Shown in pieces: positions 35,956 through 45,797 of a DNA stretch of 64,000 nucleotides. The DNA lies in IMG/VR virus record IMGVR_UViG_3300042691_019533, positions 1-64,000 of that record. The stretch is one strand, 5' to 3'. How positions within the stretch are numbered: position 1 is the first letter of the stretch; every line of letters starts with the position of its first letter. Below the pieces are notes generated by a model, which was given only the letters and a program-made list of their open reading frames with translations, made no database searches and was not told the origin of the DNA. A program made the position numbers and the translations under genes. This stretch comes from a virus.

Positions 35956-38535
35956 ATGTGGAGAAATATCTATTATGATTATAAAAAGTCCATAATTCAC
36001 TTGTGGACTTGGAATGAATTTGGAGAAAGAGTAAAGGCGGAAGTAGATTTTGAGCCTTTTCTTTACCTAGAAGATAAAAATGTTCACGATGCTACATCTA
36101 TTTTTAATACGAAATTAAAAAAATTATCTTTTCCTAACAATTTTAGGAGAATGTCTTTTGTAAAGGACTCTCCAAACAAAAGAATATTTTTCAACTTAAA
36201 TACAGAACAACAATACCTATTAACTACCTTTAAAGATTTTTCTGGTTCAGATTATAATATCCAAAATCCATTAAGAATATTCTTTTTGGATATAGAAACA
36301 TATAAAGCTAATGAATTAGATCCATTCTCTAGTGCTGAAGAGGCAAGAGATATGATAAACGTAATAACGGTATATGATTCTTTACTTCAAAAATATTATG
36401 TTTGGGGATTAAAGCCTTATTCTACTATAGAAGAAGACGTAACGTATGTTAAATGTTTTTCAGAAAAAGAATTGCTTTCTACGTTTCTTAAATTTTGGAG
36501 AAAGAATACTCCAGATATAGTATCCGGATGGAATTTCCACGGATATGATCTTCCGTATATAATGAATAGGTTAACTATTCTATTTGATGAAGAAAAAAAT
36601 AAAAAAATGTCTCCGATAGATAGAGTAGAATATAGAGTTGGAGTGTCAGTAAACAAATTAGGACAAAAGAAAAATCAATGGATACTTCACGGCATTAGTT
36701 GTTTGGATTATATGGATATATATAAAACTTTCTCTATGGGAGAAAGGGAATCATATTCTTTAGGGTTCATAGGTGAATATGAATTAGGAGAGTCCAAATT
36801 AACATATAATTCTTCATCTTTAACTAAATTAGCTGATGAAGATTGGACTACTTTTGTAGATTATAATATTCAAGACGTAAGATTGTTGGTTAAACTTGAT
36901 GATAAATTAAAATATATGGATCTTATAAGAAATTTATCATATAAAGGATTTATTCCTTTTGAAAAATCTTTAGGAAAAGTATCAATGATTACTGGAGCAG
37001 TTGCACATCAAGCATTGTTACAGAATTTAATTATACCTACATTTACTTACGAGAATATAAAACAAAAATTTGAAGGTGGTTATGTACTACAACCAAAACC
37101 TAATCTGTATGAAGATGTCGTAACATACGATGCTAATAGTCTATATCCAAACACTATCATCACGCTTAATATTTCTCCAGAAACAAAAATAGGAAAAATT
37201 ATAGAAATAAAGGATAATATTTTTAATTTAAAGTTAGTTAATGGTAAAATTGTTTCTTTATCAAAAGAACAGTTTTTAAAATTTATTAGAGATGAAGATA
37301 TAGCAATAACAAAAGCTAATATATTATATACTCAAAAATTTAAAGGTGTAGTTCCAACCTTGATTGATAAAATCTATAACCAAAGAGTTTTATGTAAAAA
37401 TAAAACATTAGAAGCGAATAAAAAATTACAAGAATGCACAGATAAAGATGAAAGGAAAAAATTATTAACTATAGCAAATGATAACGATTCATTATCTAAT
37501 GTTTATAAAACATTAATTAATTCTATTTATGGAATTTTTTCACAGCAATATTCTCCGTTTTTTGATATCGATCATGCAAAAAGCGTAACATTAACTGGGC
37601 AATCAGTAGTAAAAAGAGGTTCCCAGCTATTTTTTGAATATCTAAAAAATAAAGGATTTACCGGAGATTATGAAGATATAGTTAAATATATAGATACTGA
37701 TAGTGCATTCTTATCATTCAGCGATTTTTTTAAACAAAACAGTATAAAATTAAAAGATGAAAAAGGAAATATTTCAAAAGAAGCTAAAACGTTTATTAAA
37801 GATTTAGGAGATTCAGTAAATATTGAAATTAATATTTGGGCTAAACAAGAATTAAACTCTAAAGATCCTAGATATCATTTTAAGAGAGAAAAAATATGTG
37901 ATGTAGCATTATTACAAGCAAAAAAGTTTTATATATTACATGTATTAGATAATGAAGGCATTAAGAAAAACGATTTTATATATAAAGGAATAGAAATAGT
38001 AAAGGCGGCAATGTCTAAAGAAGTTAAAAAGTTAGTTAAAAACGTTATAGAATCAGCTATTCTCGCAAAAGATAGAAAAAAGGCTACAGAATTATTTCAT
38101 AAGGCATATGAAGAATATTGCAATATGCCAACTGAATCTATCGCAGTTAGAAAAAACGCAAAAAGTTATAGCAAATGGAGTTCTTTATTTGATGATGGTA
38201 AATTCGGAAAGGGAACGCCAAATCATTATCAAGGAGCATTATTTTATAATAAACTTCTAGAAGATGAAAATATAAAACATTTATATTCTAATATTCAAAA
38301 TGGAACCAAAATAAAATATTTTTATTGTGAAAAAAATAAATTCAATATAAAAACTATGGCTTTTATAGATGAATATCCAAAAGAATTTAAAAAGTTTATA
38401 AAGATGGACTATAAAATGATGTTTGAAAAAAACGTAGTTCCAGTTATAAGTAGAATTTATTATATAATTGGTTGGCCTTTACCTGAAATTGGTTGCGAAC
38501 AAGTTACAGATTTAATGGAATTATTTTCAAAATAA
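35956..38535 (+). CDS. gp43: Family B DNA polymerase (T4 gp43-like)
   Basis: Exonuclease motifs DIET, GWN...YDLPY and YN..DV. Polymerase motifs DANSLYP, K...NS.YG and YIDTDS. Confidence 0.96.
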   Translation: MWRNIYYDYKKSIIHLWTWNEFGERVKAEVDFEPFLYLEDKNVHDATSIFNTKLKKLSFPNNFRRMSFVKDSPNKRIFFNLNTEQQYLLTTFKDFSGSDYNIQNPLRIFFLDIETYKANELDPFSSAEEARDMINVITVYDSLLQKYYVWGLKPYSTIEEDVTYVKCFSEKELLSTFLKFWRKNTPDIVSGWNFHGYDLPYIMNRLTILFDEEKNKKMSPIDRVEYRVGVSVNKLGQKKNQWILHGISCLDYMDIYKTFSMGERESYSLGFIGEYELGESKLTYNSSSLTKLADEDWTTFVDYNIQDVRLLVKLDDKLKYMDLIRNLSYKGFIPFEKSLGKVSMITGAVAHQALLQNLIIPTFTYENIKQKFEGGYVLQPKPNLYEDVVTYDANSLYPNTIITLNISPETKIGKIIEIKDNIFNLKLVNGKIVSLSKEQFLKFIRDEDIAITKANILYTQKFKGVVPTLIDKIYNQRVLCKNKTLEANKKLQECTDKDERKKLLTIANDNDSLSNVYKTLINSIYGIFSQQYSPFFDIDHAKSVTLTGQSVVKRGSQLFFEYLKNKGFTGDYEDIVKYIDTDSAFLSFSDFFKQNSIKLKDEKGNISKEAKTFIKDLGDSVNIEINIWAKQELNSKDPRYHFKREKICDVALLQAKKFYILHVLDNEGIKKNDFIYKGIEIVKAAMSKEVKKLVKNVIESAILAKDRKKATELFHKAYEEYCNMPTESIAVRKNAKSYSKWSSLFDDGKFGKGTPNHYQGALFYNKLLEDENIKHLYSNIQNGTKIKYFYCEKNKFNIKTMAFIDEYPKEFKKFIKMDYKMMFEKNVVPVISRIYYIIGWPLPEIGCEQVTDLMELFSK

Positions 38536-38834
38536 AATTTTTTAAAACTTTCCATTTTTAATTTATTTCTTAAATCGGATAAATGTTTTATAATTTCTTC
38601 TGCGCTCAAATAAGAATTATTTCTTTTATTTTTAACAATATTTGAAATTTTTTCGTTTCCATTTTTAACTCTAGATTTGATAATTGAATTTATTATATTA
38701 TCTACATTTAAGTCTGTTATTTCTTGATTAAATGTATCATTGTCAAATCTTATACTATCATCTTCAATTAAAATATATTCATTACTAAACTTATTATATT
38801 TAAAATAATAATTTCCTTTTTTAAAAATTTTCAT
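38460..38834 (-). CDS. Hypothetical protein overlapping the polymerase 3' end
   Basis: 124-aa ORF filling a 300-bp gap, with a TAAGTA motif 9 nt upstream. Confidence 0.5.
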   Translation of the reverse strand: MKIFKKGNYYFKYNKFSNEYILIEDDSIRFDNDTFNQEITDLNVDNIINSIIKSRVKNGNEKISNIVKNKRNNSYLSAEEIIKHLSDLRNKLKMESFKKFYFENNSIKSVTCSQPISGKGQPII

Positions 38835-38890
38835 ATTTTCTTATACTTACAATGTTGCTTTTTATTAAATATATGATAATATATTTTCTG

Positions 38891-39277
38891 ATGAGTAATA
38901 CTAATCAAAAAATAGCTGTGTTTTTAGACTATGTAGGTAGAACCGTGTTTGGTGAAATCGTAGAGTCTAACGACGTTAACGAATTGAAAATTAAAAATCC
39001 TGTAATTCTCCACGTACCACCAGTGGATCAATCTGGAAGAATGGCAGTACAATTATTTCCTTTATTTTTTAGGGAATTTTTAGCGGATAAATCCGAAGAT
39101 GTCGTTTTCGCATATCAAAAGGATAAGATTACGCTTACGAATATCGAGTCTATCGATTTTAGATTGTTAGCTCAATATGGTCAATTATTTAATAAAAATA
39201 ATGTAATCGTAAACTCAGAACAACAAGCGCAAAATAATCAATCGTCAGATGCGGTTATAAACCTTTTTGACGAATAG
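38891..39277 (+). CDS. Hypothetical protein (possible Sm-like fold)
   Basis: Likely ATG at 38891 (MSNTNQK). GRTVFGE...LKIKNPV pattern. Confidence 0.55.
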   Translation: MSNTNQKIAVFLDYVGRTVFGEIVESNDVNELKIKNPVILHVPPVDQSGRMAVQLFPLFFREFLADKSEDVVFAYQKDKITLTNIESIDFRLLAQYGQLFNKNNVIVNSEQQAQNNQSSDAVINLFDE

Positions 39278-39298
39278 TATAAATTAAAAACAACATTC

Positions 39299-39332
39299 AA
39301 GCCTCAAAAGTTTTGACTTTTGAGGCTTTTTT
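39299..39332 (+). terminator. Intrinsic terminator overlapping the uvsX promoter
   Basis: 13-bp stem aagcctcaaaagt / acttttgaggctt, 4-nt loop and a T-run. Confidence 0.8.
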
Positions 39333-39340
39333 GTTATCAT
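39313..39340 (+). promoter_or_regulatory. Sigma70-like promoter of uvsX
   Basis: TTGACT-16 nt-TATCAT with an extended TG, 6 nt before the ATG at 39347. Confidence 0.6.
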
Positions 39341-39346
39341 ATTTTT

Positions 39347-40468
39347 ATGGCTAAAAAAACAAAAGACACACAAGACACACAAGACACACAACTCGGAAAC
39401 ATAGATGAAGCATTCAAAATTTTAGATGAGCTAAATCCAGATGCTGCGTTTCTAGATGAAAATACATTATCTACAGTAGACGAATGGGTAGACACAGGAT
39501 GTATGGCATTAAACGCTATTATTTCAGGTTCTCTATACGGTGGTATTCCTATGGGTAGGATTACTGGTTTTGCTGGACCGCAAGCATGTGGAAAAACATT
39601 AATGGTTAATAAAATAATGGCAAACGCCCAAAAGAAAGGAATGCATGTTGTATATTTTGATACTGAAAATGCTCTTGATAGAGATACCGCAAAAAATTTA
39701 GGTTGCGATCCATCTAAAATTAAACACTGCCCAACAGAAATTATAGAGGAATGTAGAAATCAAATTGTAAAATTTTTAAAAACTATTATAGAAAAAGGAT
39801 TGCGAGGAAAAGTATTGTTAGCGATTGATTCTTTAGGAAATCTCATTTCAGCTAGAGAATCTAAAATAATAGACGACGGAAAGGATAGTGCGGATATGGG
39901 TGCTAGAGCAGTAGCTCTAAAAAGTATGCTTAGAGCTATTACACATACAGCAGCAAAAGCAAATTGTCCAATAGTTTTCACAAATCATATATATGAAAAT
40001 CCAGGTGCTATGTATCCAACATTGATTAAGAGTCAATCTGGTGGATCTGGTCCGTTGTATATGTCTTCAGTACTAGTTCAAATGTCAACAAAACAAGAAC
40101 GAGTAGGTAAATCTGATAATAAAAATGCTTCTGATGAAGTTACTCCTCTATCTAAAGATGTTAATGGATTAACCATGAGGGCTTTAACTACTAAGAATAG
40201 ATTTGTTCCGCCATTTTTAGAATGTGAAATGTATCTTAATTTTAGAACTGGACTATCGAAATACTCTGGCTTATTAGAAATGGCAGAAGGATATGGAGTA
40301 ATAACAAAGCAAGGTCATAGATATGTATTGGGCGAGGAAGTGTTAGGGTTCTATAAAGATTTCAAAGATAATGATCAAGTATGGAATAAAATTCTACCGG
40401 AATTAGAAAAGAAACTAAAATCACATTTGAAATTTAAAAACGAAACTTCACAAGAAGTAAATGAATAA
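39347..40468 (+). CDS. uvsX: RecA-like recombinase UvsX
   Basis: DTG..ALN..ISGS..GGIP.GRIT, GPQACGKT, YFDTENA, IDSLGNL, DMG.RA, TNH.Y, SGG.G and KNRF..PF. Confidence 0.93.
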   Translation: MAKKTKDTQDTQDTQLGNIDEAFKILDELNPDAAFLDENTLSTVDEWVDTGCMALNAIISGSLYGGIPMGRITGFAGPQACGKTLMVNKIMANAQKKGMHVVYFDTENALDRDTAKNLGCDPSKIKHCPTEIIEECRNQIVKFLKTIIEKGLRGKVLLAIDSLGNLISARESKIIDDGKDSADMGARAVALKSMLRAITHTAAKANCPIVFTNHIYENPGAMYPTLIKSQSGGSGPLYMSSVLVQMSTKQERVGKSDNKNASDEVTPLSKDVNGLTMRALTTKNRFVPPFLECEMYLNFRTGLSKYSGLLEMAEGYGVITKQGHRYVLGEEVLGFYKDFKDNDQVWNKILPELEKKLKSHLKFKNETSQEVNE

Positions 40469-41885
40469 TAATTTATCTATAGATTTTGAATTGTTTGAAA
40501 AAATTATTTTCTATAATTCTATTATGGATAATGATTATTTAGAAACAATTCTTGAATATATAAAACCTTCTTTTTTTAAAGATAAAAAGATAAAAAGGCT
40601 GTTTGAAGTTTTAAAGGATTATTATGAAGAATTTGATTGTGCTCCGAATTTAACAGAATTAAAAACTCATTTAATTACAGAGGATGATAAACAAGCTTTT
40701 AAGGAAACTGTATTATCTTTTCAGTCTTTGGATAAAAAATATAATAAAGACGTTCTTTTAAAAAACACCGAGAGATTTTTAAAAGAAAAGTCAGTTATAG
40801 ATACAGTACAAAAAACATCTCTTAATTTACAGTCTGGAAATATAGACAGCACAAAAATATTAGATGATTTTGAAAAAGCTTGCAGTATCTCGTTAATTGA
40901 GAATATAGGATTTGATTATTTGGAATCCATAGATGAGCATTGTGAAGATTTGCAAAAAGTTTTCAAAGTTATTCCTACTGGTTGGAAGTGGCTTGATAAT
41001 AAAATAGGCGGCGGCTTCATGTCAGAAGGACGAGCTTTGTATGTATTTTTTGGAGTCACAAACGTTGGAAAATCTATATTTTTAGGTAATATAGCAACTA
41101 ATATTTTGAATCAAGATAAAACAGTACTATTAATTACTTTAGAAATGCCAGAACAAGTTTACGCTAAAAGAATATCTTCGCAGTTGAGTCAGATACCTTT
41201 TGATGGTCTTAGTTCTAGTTTAGTAAAATTAAAAAATACTATAAACGAATATAAAATTAAAAATAGAAAATCTAAATTAATAATTAAAGAGTTTCCACCA
41301 AAAGGAGTTTCCGTTTTAAATATTAAAACGTATATAAATAAATTAGTTAAAAAAGGTATAAAACCTGATGCTATTGTTGTTGATTATATTAACTTGATAT
41401 CACCAAATACTTCAGCGTCTACTAATTCTTACGAATCAATTAAAACTATAACAGAAAGTTTAAGAGCTTTATCGTATACTTTTTCATGTCCTGTAATTTC
41501 AGCAACTCAAGCTACTAGAAGTGCAGTAAATTCTGGAGAATTAGATCTGGATAAAACCAGTGAATCTATGGGGTTATCGCATACTGTAGATGCTCAATTT
41601 TCAATATGGACTGAAGACGGAGATACTGATTTAGGAATCATCCATATGGGAATAGTTAAAAATAGATTTGGTCCTAGAAAACACACTACTATTTTAGGAA
41701 TTGATTATCCAACGTTAACATTAAAAGAAATAGATGAAGATGGTATTTTGAAAGATAATTCTGATTCTAAAATGCCAAATATAACGGATGACATCGAAAA
41801 AGCTTTATTATGTGAAGAATCATCGGATTCTAATGATATAAGTCAAACTTTAAATAAATTAAATTTTTTATCTGATAATAATTAA
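40461..41885 (+). CDS. gp41: Replicative DnaB-like helicase (T4 gp41-like)
   Basis: IPTGW..LD, TNVGKS, ITLEM.E, IKEFP, VDYINL, SATQ.TR, SES.GL and KNRFG. Confidence 0.92.
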   Translation: MNNNLSIDFELFEKIIFYNSIMDNDYLETILEYIKPSFFKDKKIKRLFEVLKDYYEEFDCAPNLTELKTHLITEDDKQAFKETVLSFQSLDKKYNKDVLLKNTERFLKEKSVIDTVQKTSLNLQSGNIDSTKILDDFEKACSISLIENIGFDYLESIDEHCEDLQKVFKVIPTGWKWLDNKIGGGFMSEGRALYVFFGVTNVGKSIFLGNIATNILNQDKTVLLITLEMPEQVYAKRISSQLSQIPFDGLSSSLVKLKNTINEYKIKNRKSKLIIKEFPPKGVSVLNIKTYINKLVKKGIKPDAIVVDYINLISPNTSASTNSYESIKTITESLRALSYTFSCPVISATQATRSAVNSGELDLDKTSESMGLSHTVDAQFSIWTEDGDTDLGIIHMGIVKNRFGPRKHTTILGIDYPTLTLKEIDEDGILKDNSDSKMPNITDDIEKALLCEESSDSNDISQTLNKLNFLSDNN

Positions 41886-41919
41886 TATAGTGACTTTTTA
41901 ATATGTTAGTGTAAATAAT

Positions 41920-42813
41920 TTGGTGCATAGTAAAGCATATCATATTTTTACACATAAAGATTTAGACGGGGCGGTTAGTTTATTAACTTTTATCTGGTCG
42001 CATCCAGATAGTATTATTTCGTATGAAGAAATAACAAATCTGGAATTAAATAAGATAAAAGATTTTATTAAAAAAACTATTAACCCTCCTAATATATTAA
42101 TATTAGATTTATCTATACGAGAAGAATTTATAAACGATTTAGATCATAGTTTCGTATCTATAATAGATCATCACGAAAGATCAATTCCATTAGCTAATAA
42201 ATTTAAAAAAGCTAAAGTGTTTTTTAAAAATTTAACTTCTAATTCTTTATTAGTTAGAAAATTATATCAAAATTCTTCTCCAGAATTAACTGAAAACCAA
42301 AAAAAATTAATTTTATATGCGGATGATTATGATTGTTTAAGATTAAAATATGAACAATCTTTTGATTTAAATATTATTTTTTGGAATGAATTTAAAAACG
42401 ATTTTTCAAATTTTATTAAAAAATATAAAAATGGATTTTTTGATTTCGAAGAAAAACAAAAAAGAATAATTTCAGAAATTAAACAAAAAATAAAAAAAGA
42501 AGTTAATAATTTAAAAATTTTTAAAGGTGAAATAAAAATAAATTCCGAGTATAAAAAAGCTTTGGCTATTTCCATAGAAAACTCAAATCCTTTACTGGTT
42601 GATTATTTAATATATAAATATGATTATGAGTTATTTATAATCATAAATACTAAAAATGAAAAGGTAAAAATAAGACAAAAAATAACAGATACCCCAATAG
42701 ATTTAAAAAACTTTTGTGAAAAATATTGTGATGGTAACGCAACAACATTTTTAGGTGTAGGAAAACTAACACCATTATTTTTAGAATTGACTAAAAACTT
42801 TACTCCATTATGA
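41920..42813 (+). CDS. DHH-family phosphoesterase
   Basis: FTHKDLDG, ILDL, IDHH and DDYD. Confidence 0.8.
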   Translation: MVHSKAYHIFTHKDLDGAVSLLTFIWSHPDSIISYEEITNLELNKIKDFIKKTINPPNILILDLSIREEFINDLDHSFVSIIDHHERSIPLANKFKKAKVFFKNLTSNSLLVRKLYQNSSPELTENQKKLILYADDYDCLRLKYEQSFDLNIIFWNEFKNDFSNFIKKYKNGFFDFEEKQKRIISEIKQKIKKEVNNLKIFKGEIKINSEYKKALAISIENSNPLLVDYLIYKYDYELFIIINTKNEKVKIRQKITDTPIDLKNFCEKYCDGNATTFLGVGKLTPLFLELTKNFTPL

Positions 42814-43136
42814 TAATAACATCTTCACAACAATTAGAAGAACTTTATAATCCGTCCGAAAAAATAAATATGGATGAATTTGAAGAATTAACACTTAAAG
42901 TTGGATCTTTTATATGCATTTCAAAAAGAAAAAAAATTAATTTTTTAAATCTATTAAAATTGATAATAGACGACAAAAAAACTCAAAAAATTTATTTCTC
43001 AATATTAGGAGAAAATAATTTACATTTAGTTTTGAAAGCGTATTTAAATTCTACTCCAAATTGTTATAAAAAAATATTCAGATCTAAAATGAATAAAAAT
43101 GCAAAATATAACAGAACACCAAAAGAAAATATATAA
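42810..43136 (+). CDS. Hypothetical protein
   Basis: 108-aa ORF, ATGA-coupled to the DHH gene. Confidence 0.55.
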   Translation: MIITSSQQLEELYNPSEKINMDEFEELTLKVGSFICISKRKKINFLNLLKLIIDDKKTQKIYFSILGENNLHLVLKAYLNSTPNCYKKIFRSKMNKNAKYNRTPKENI

Positions 43137-43755
43137 CATATATTTAAAAAACTCTAGACAAGGGAAACCATACAAATATAGAAAAGATTTTGATGAAATA
43201 TCAGAGTATGTAAGTTTAAATTTAAAAAAATTAGATACTTTTTTTTCTAAATTTAAAAATATTAAGATAGAAGATTTTTTCGAATCTCCTAATTTAATAT
43301 ATGATAATCAACCATATCCAAAATTAGATTATTTCAATACTAGATCTGCTATAAGAGCTTATTCTATAAGTAGTAAACAAAAAGAAGATCAAAATCCAGA
43401 AAAACAATTTGATGATATTAAACAAAGTTTTTTGTTTATAATGAAATTTTGTTTACATCAAAAAATTGAAGTCGAAAATTATATAAATTATAAAACCGGA
43501 TTAGTATATAGCTGGATGAATCACTATAGAGAAAGACAAATAAACATATATAGTTTAATGGAATTTTCTAATCTAATTAAAACTATAGACGAAACTCAAA
43601 TAGATATTCTGGATATGTTTTCTAGTGACTTATCAAATAAAATAATAAAATTTAAAACTAGATATAATTCATCTCCTAAAACTATAGAGTTTGTTAAAAG
43701 GGGAACAGAGAAAATAAAAGATTACGTAAAAAAAGAGTTGCAAAAAAACAAATAA
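43099..43755 (+). CDS. Hypothetical protein, possibly gp59-like helicase loader
   Basis: 218 aa, immediately upstream of gp32 as gp59 is in T4. Only weak IYNIYL/FF.K resemblance. Confidence 0.4.
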   Translation: MQNITEHQKKIYNIYLKNSRQGKPYKYRKDFDEISEYVSLNLKKLDTFFSKFKNIKIEDFFESPNLIYDNQPYPKLDYFNTRSAIRAYSISSKQKEDQNPEKQFDDIKQSFLFIMKFCLHQKIEVENYINYKTGLVYSWMNHYRERQINIYSLMEFSNLIKTIDETQIDILDMFSSDLSNKIIKFKTRYNSSPKTIEFVKRGTEKIKDYVKKELQKNK

Positions 43756-43765
43756 TTGATATCAT
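43738..43765 (+). promoter_or_regulatory. Sigma70-like promoter of gp32
   Basis: TTGCAA-16 nt-TATCAT with an extended TG, 10 nt before the ATG. Confidence 0.55.
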
Positions 43766-43775
43766 TAATTTCGAT

Positions 43776-44621
43776 ATGAGTAAATACACATCAACATTGT
43801 TCGAATCCTTGAAGGATTCGTTAAGCGCAAAAACAAACACGGAATCATCTTTTAAGGATTTCTTAAAATGTGAACCAGATAAAACATACGTAGTTCGACT
43901 ACTTCCAAACCTAGAGGATAATTCAAAAACTAGATTTCATTATTGGCAGCATATTTTCGACAGCTGTGTAAGCGGGAAGAAAATTTCTATCCTCTGTCCA
44001 AATACATATGGAGAAAAATGCCCAATTGATGAATATAGATCCAAGGTTTGGGCTTCCAAGAATCAAGCATTAATTGAACAATCGAAACCACTAAGGAAGA
44101 CTGAGAAATGGCTTTATAACGTTTACGTAATAAGCGATCCTACAAATCCAGAAAATAACGGAAAGGTTAAGATTTTGAATTCAGGAACACAGCTACAGAA
44201 AATAATTCAAAGTGCAATCGACGGAGACGATAGTCAAGAGTTTGGATTTAGAATTTTTGATTTATCTGAAAATGGTTGCAATTTAAGAGTTAAAGTTGAG
44301 AAGAATGAAGGTGGATATCCAACTTATGTAAGCTCTAGATTCATGTCTCCTTCAAAGATCGAAGGACTCGATGACGTAGATTCTATTTATGAATCCGTAA
44401 AACCACTAGATTCTTTCTTTCAGAGAAAGACATATGATGAGATTAAAAAACTCATGGATTTACACTTCTTCGGTAAAGAAGAATCAGAATCTACATCTTC
44501 TGTCATCGAAGAAGTCGAAGAAGACGAAGAACAGAATATCACCAAGTCATCTTCTGACGTTGAAGATAATAATCTATCAGATGAAGATCAAAGAATGCAA
44601 GATATTCTAAAAGATCTATAA
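43776..44621 (+). CDS. gp32: Single-stranded DNA-binding protein (T4 gp32-like)
   Basis: VRLLP, H, CP.T.GE.CPI, NVYVISDPTNPENNGKV, FDL..G.N, Y..S.F and an acidic tail. Confidence 0.92.
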   Translation: MSKYTSTLFESLKDSLSAKTNTESSFKDFLKCEPDKTYVVRLLPNLEDNSKTRFHYWQHIFDSCVSGKKISILCPNTYGEKCPIDEYRSKVWASKNQALIEQSKPLRKTEKWLYNVYVISDPTNPENNGKVKILNSGTQLQKIIQSAIDGDDSQEFGFRIFDLSENGCNLRVKVEKNEGGYPTYVSSRFMSPSKIEGLDDVDSIYESVKPLDSFFQRKTYDEIKKLMDLHFFGKEESESTSSVIEEVEEDEEQNITKSSSDVEDNNLSDEDQRMQDILKDL

Positions 44622-44624
44622 TAT

Positions 44625-45026
44625 ATGACTGAATCACAAGAAGACGCTTTGCAAGCAGCAATGCTTGCAAAGTTCGTCGGCTCAAGCCTCAATCAAATAG
44701 ACTCTTTATCAATAGATAGAAGATCTGTACCAGCAAATAGATTAAACGTTAATGATTTTGTATCTAAAGTAACAAATTCTAATCCAAATCAAAATAGAAA
44801 TAACGTATATAATCAACATCAAGCTAATAGCTCTGGATTTGCTGCTCCGCCACCGGAAGAAGTAATTCAAAGATTGATACCTGATCCGATTCCTAGATCA
44901 TATTCTGATAATCAGCCGCAGATATCTAATCCGAATACAGTTCAAAATTCAGAAAAAATAGAAAATATTTTAGAAAATATTAATAAAAATTTAGAGCTAT
45001 TAATTTCTCTCATAAAAAATGGATGA
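44625..45026 (+). CDS. Hypothetical protein
   Basis: 133 aa, with an Asn/Gln/Pro-rich middle and a C-terminal coiled coil. Confidence 0.6.
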   Translation: MTESQEDALQAAMLAKFVGSSLNQIDSLSIDRRSVPANRLNVNDFVSKVTNSNPNQNRNNVYNQHQANSSGFAAPPPEEVIQRLIPDPIPRSYSDNQPQISNPNTVQNSEKIENILENINKNLELLISLIKNG

Positions 45027-45774
45027 CATTATTATACCCATTCCAAAAACATCATTAGAAAAGTTTTTAAAACCTATAAATAGAGCCTCAGACTCTTGTG
45101 TATTGAAAACTTATAAAAATTCAATGTATACAGTATGCACATCAGACGATAAATCTGTTATATTGTATGCATCATGTGATTTACCAGTAGAGATTTCAGA
45201 TTTAAAACTTAATATAATTAGTATTAAAAAGTTTCTAACTGGTTTAGAATGTTTGGGTGATAATGGAGAATTTTCAATAGTTTTAAATAAAAACCATCTA
45301 AGATGCCAGAGTAAAAGCGATTTAGAAACAGAAAATATATTTTTTAAATATCATTTAGTTGATGATGGGATTATCACAGAATCAAGTGTTAACGTAGATG
45401 CTATTAAAAAATTAAATTTTGATACTGAGTTTGAAATACCAATACCCAAATTAAAACAAATAATGTCAGCATATTCATTTTCTACTGATGTTTCTAAAAT
45501 ATATTTTTATAGTAAAAATAATAGTATCTATGTAGATATAGATGATAAAACGATGAGTAACGTAGATAATATGACATTTTCAATTAATGATAAGTTTATA
45601 GGTGATCTTTTACATAAACCTATAGCTATTAAAATAGAAGTTTTTAAAAATTTAATATCTAGTAAACTCCCAGTTAAAGTAAAAATAAATAATTCTCATC
45701 AAGTTTTTGTTTTTCAGACTAAAGAACATCAAGACGTAGAAATAAAATATATAGTTTCCGCACTTGTTAAATAG
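45019..45774 (+). CDS. gp45: DNA sliding clamp (gp45/PCNA-like)
   Basis: 251 aa with two repeated alpha/beta halves and a C-terminal KYIVSAL typical of clamps, in the replication operon. Confidence 0.6.
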   Translation: MDDIIIPIPKTSLEKFLKPINRASDSCVLKTYKNSMYTVCTSDDKSVILYASCDLPVEISDLKLNIISIKKFLTGLECLGDNGEFSIVLNKNHLRCQSKSDLETENIFFKYHLVDDGIITESSVNVDAIKKLNFDTEFEIPIPKLKQIMSAYSFSTDVSKIYFYSKNNSIYVDIDDKTMSNVDNMTFSINDKFIGDLLHKPIAIKIEVFKNLISSKLPVKVKINNSHQVFVFQTKEHQDVEIKYIVSALVK

Positions 45775-45797
45775 AATATAAAATATAAATTAATTAT

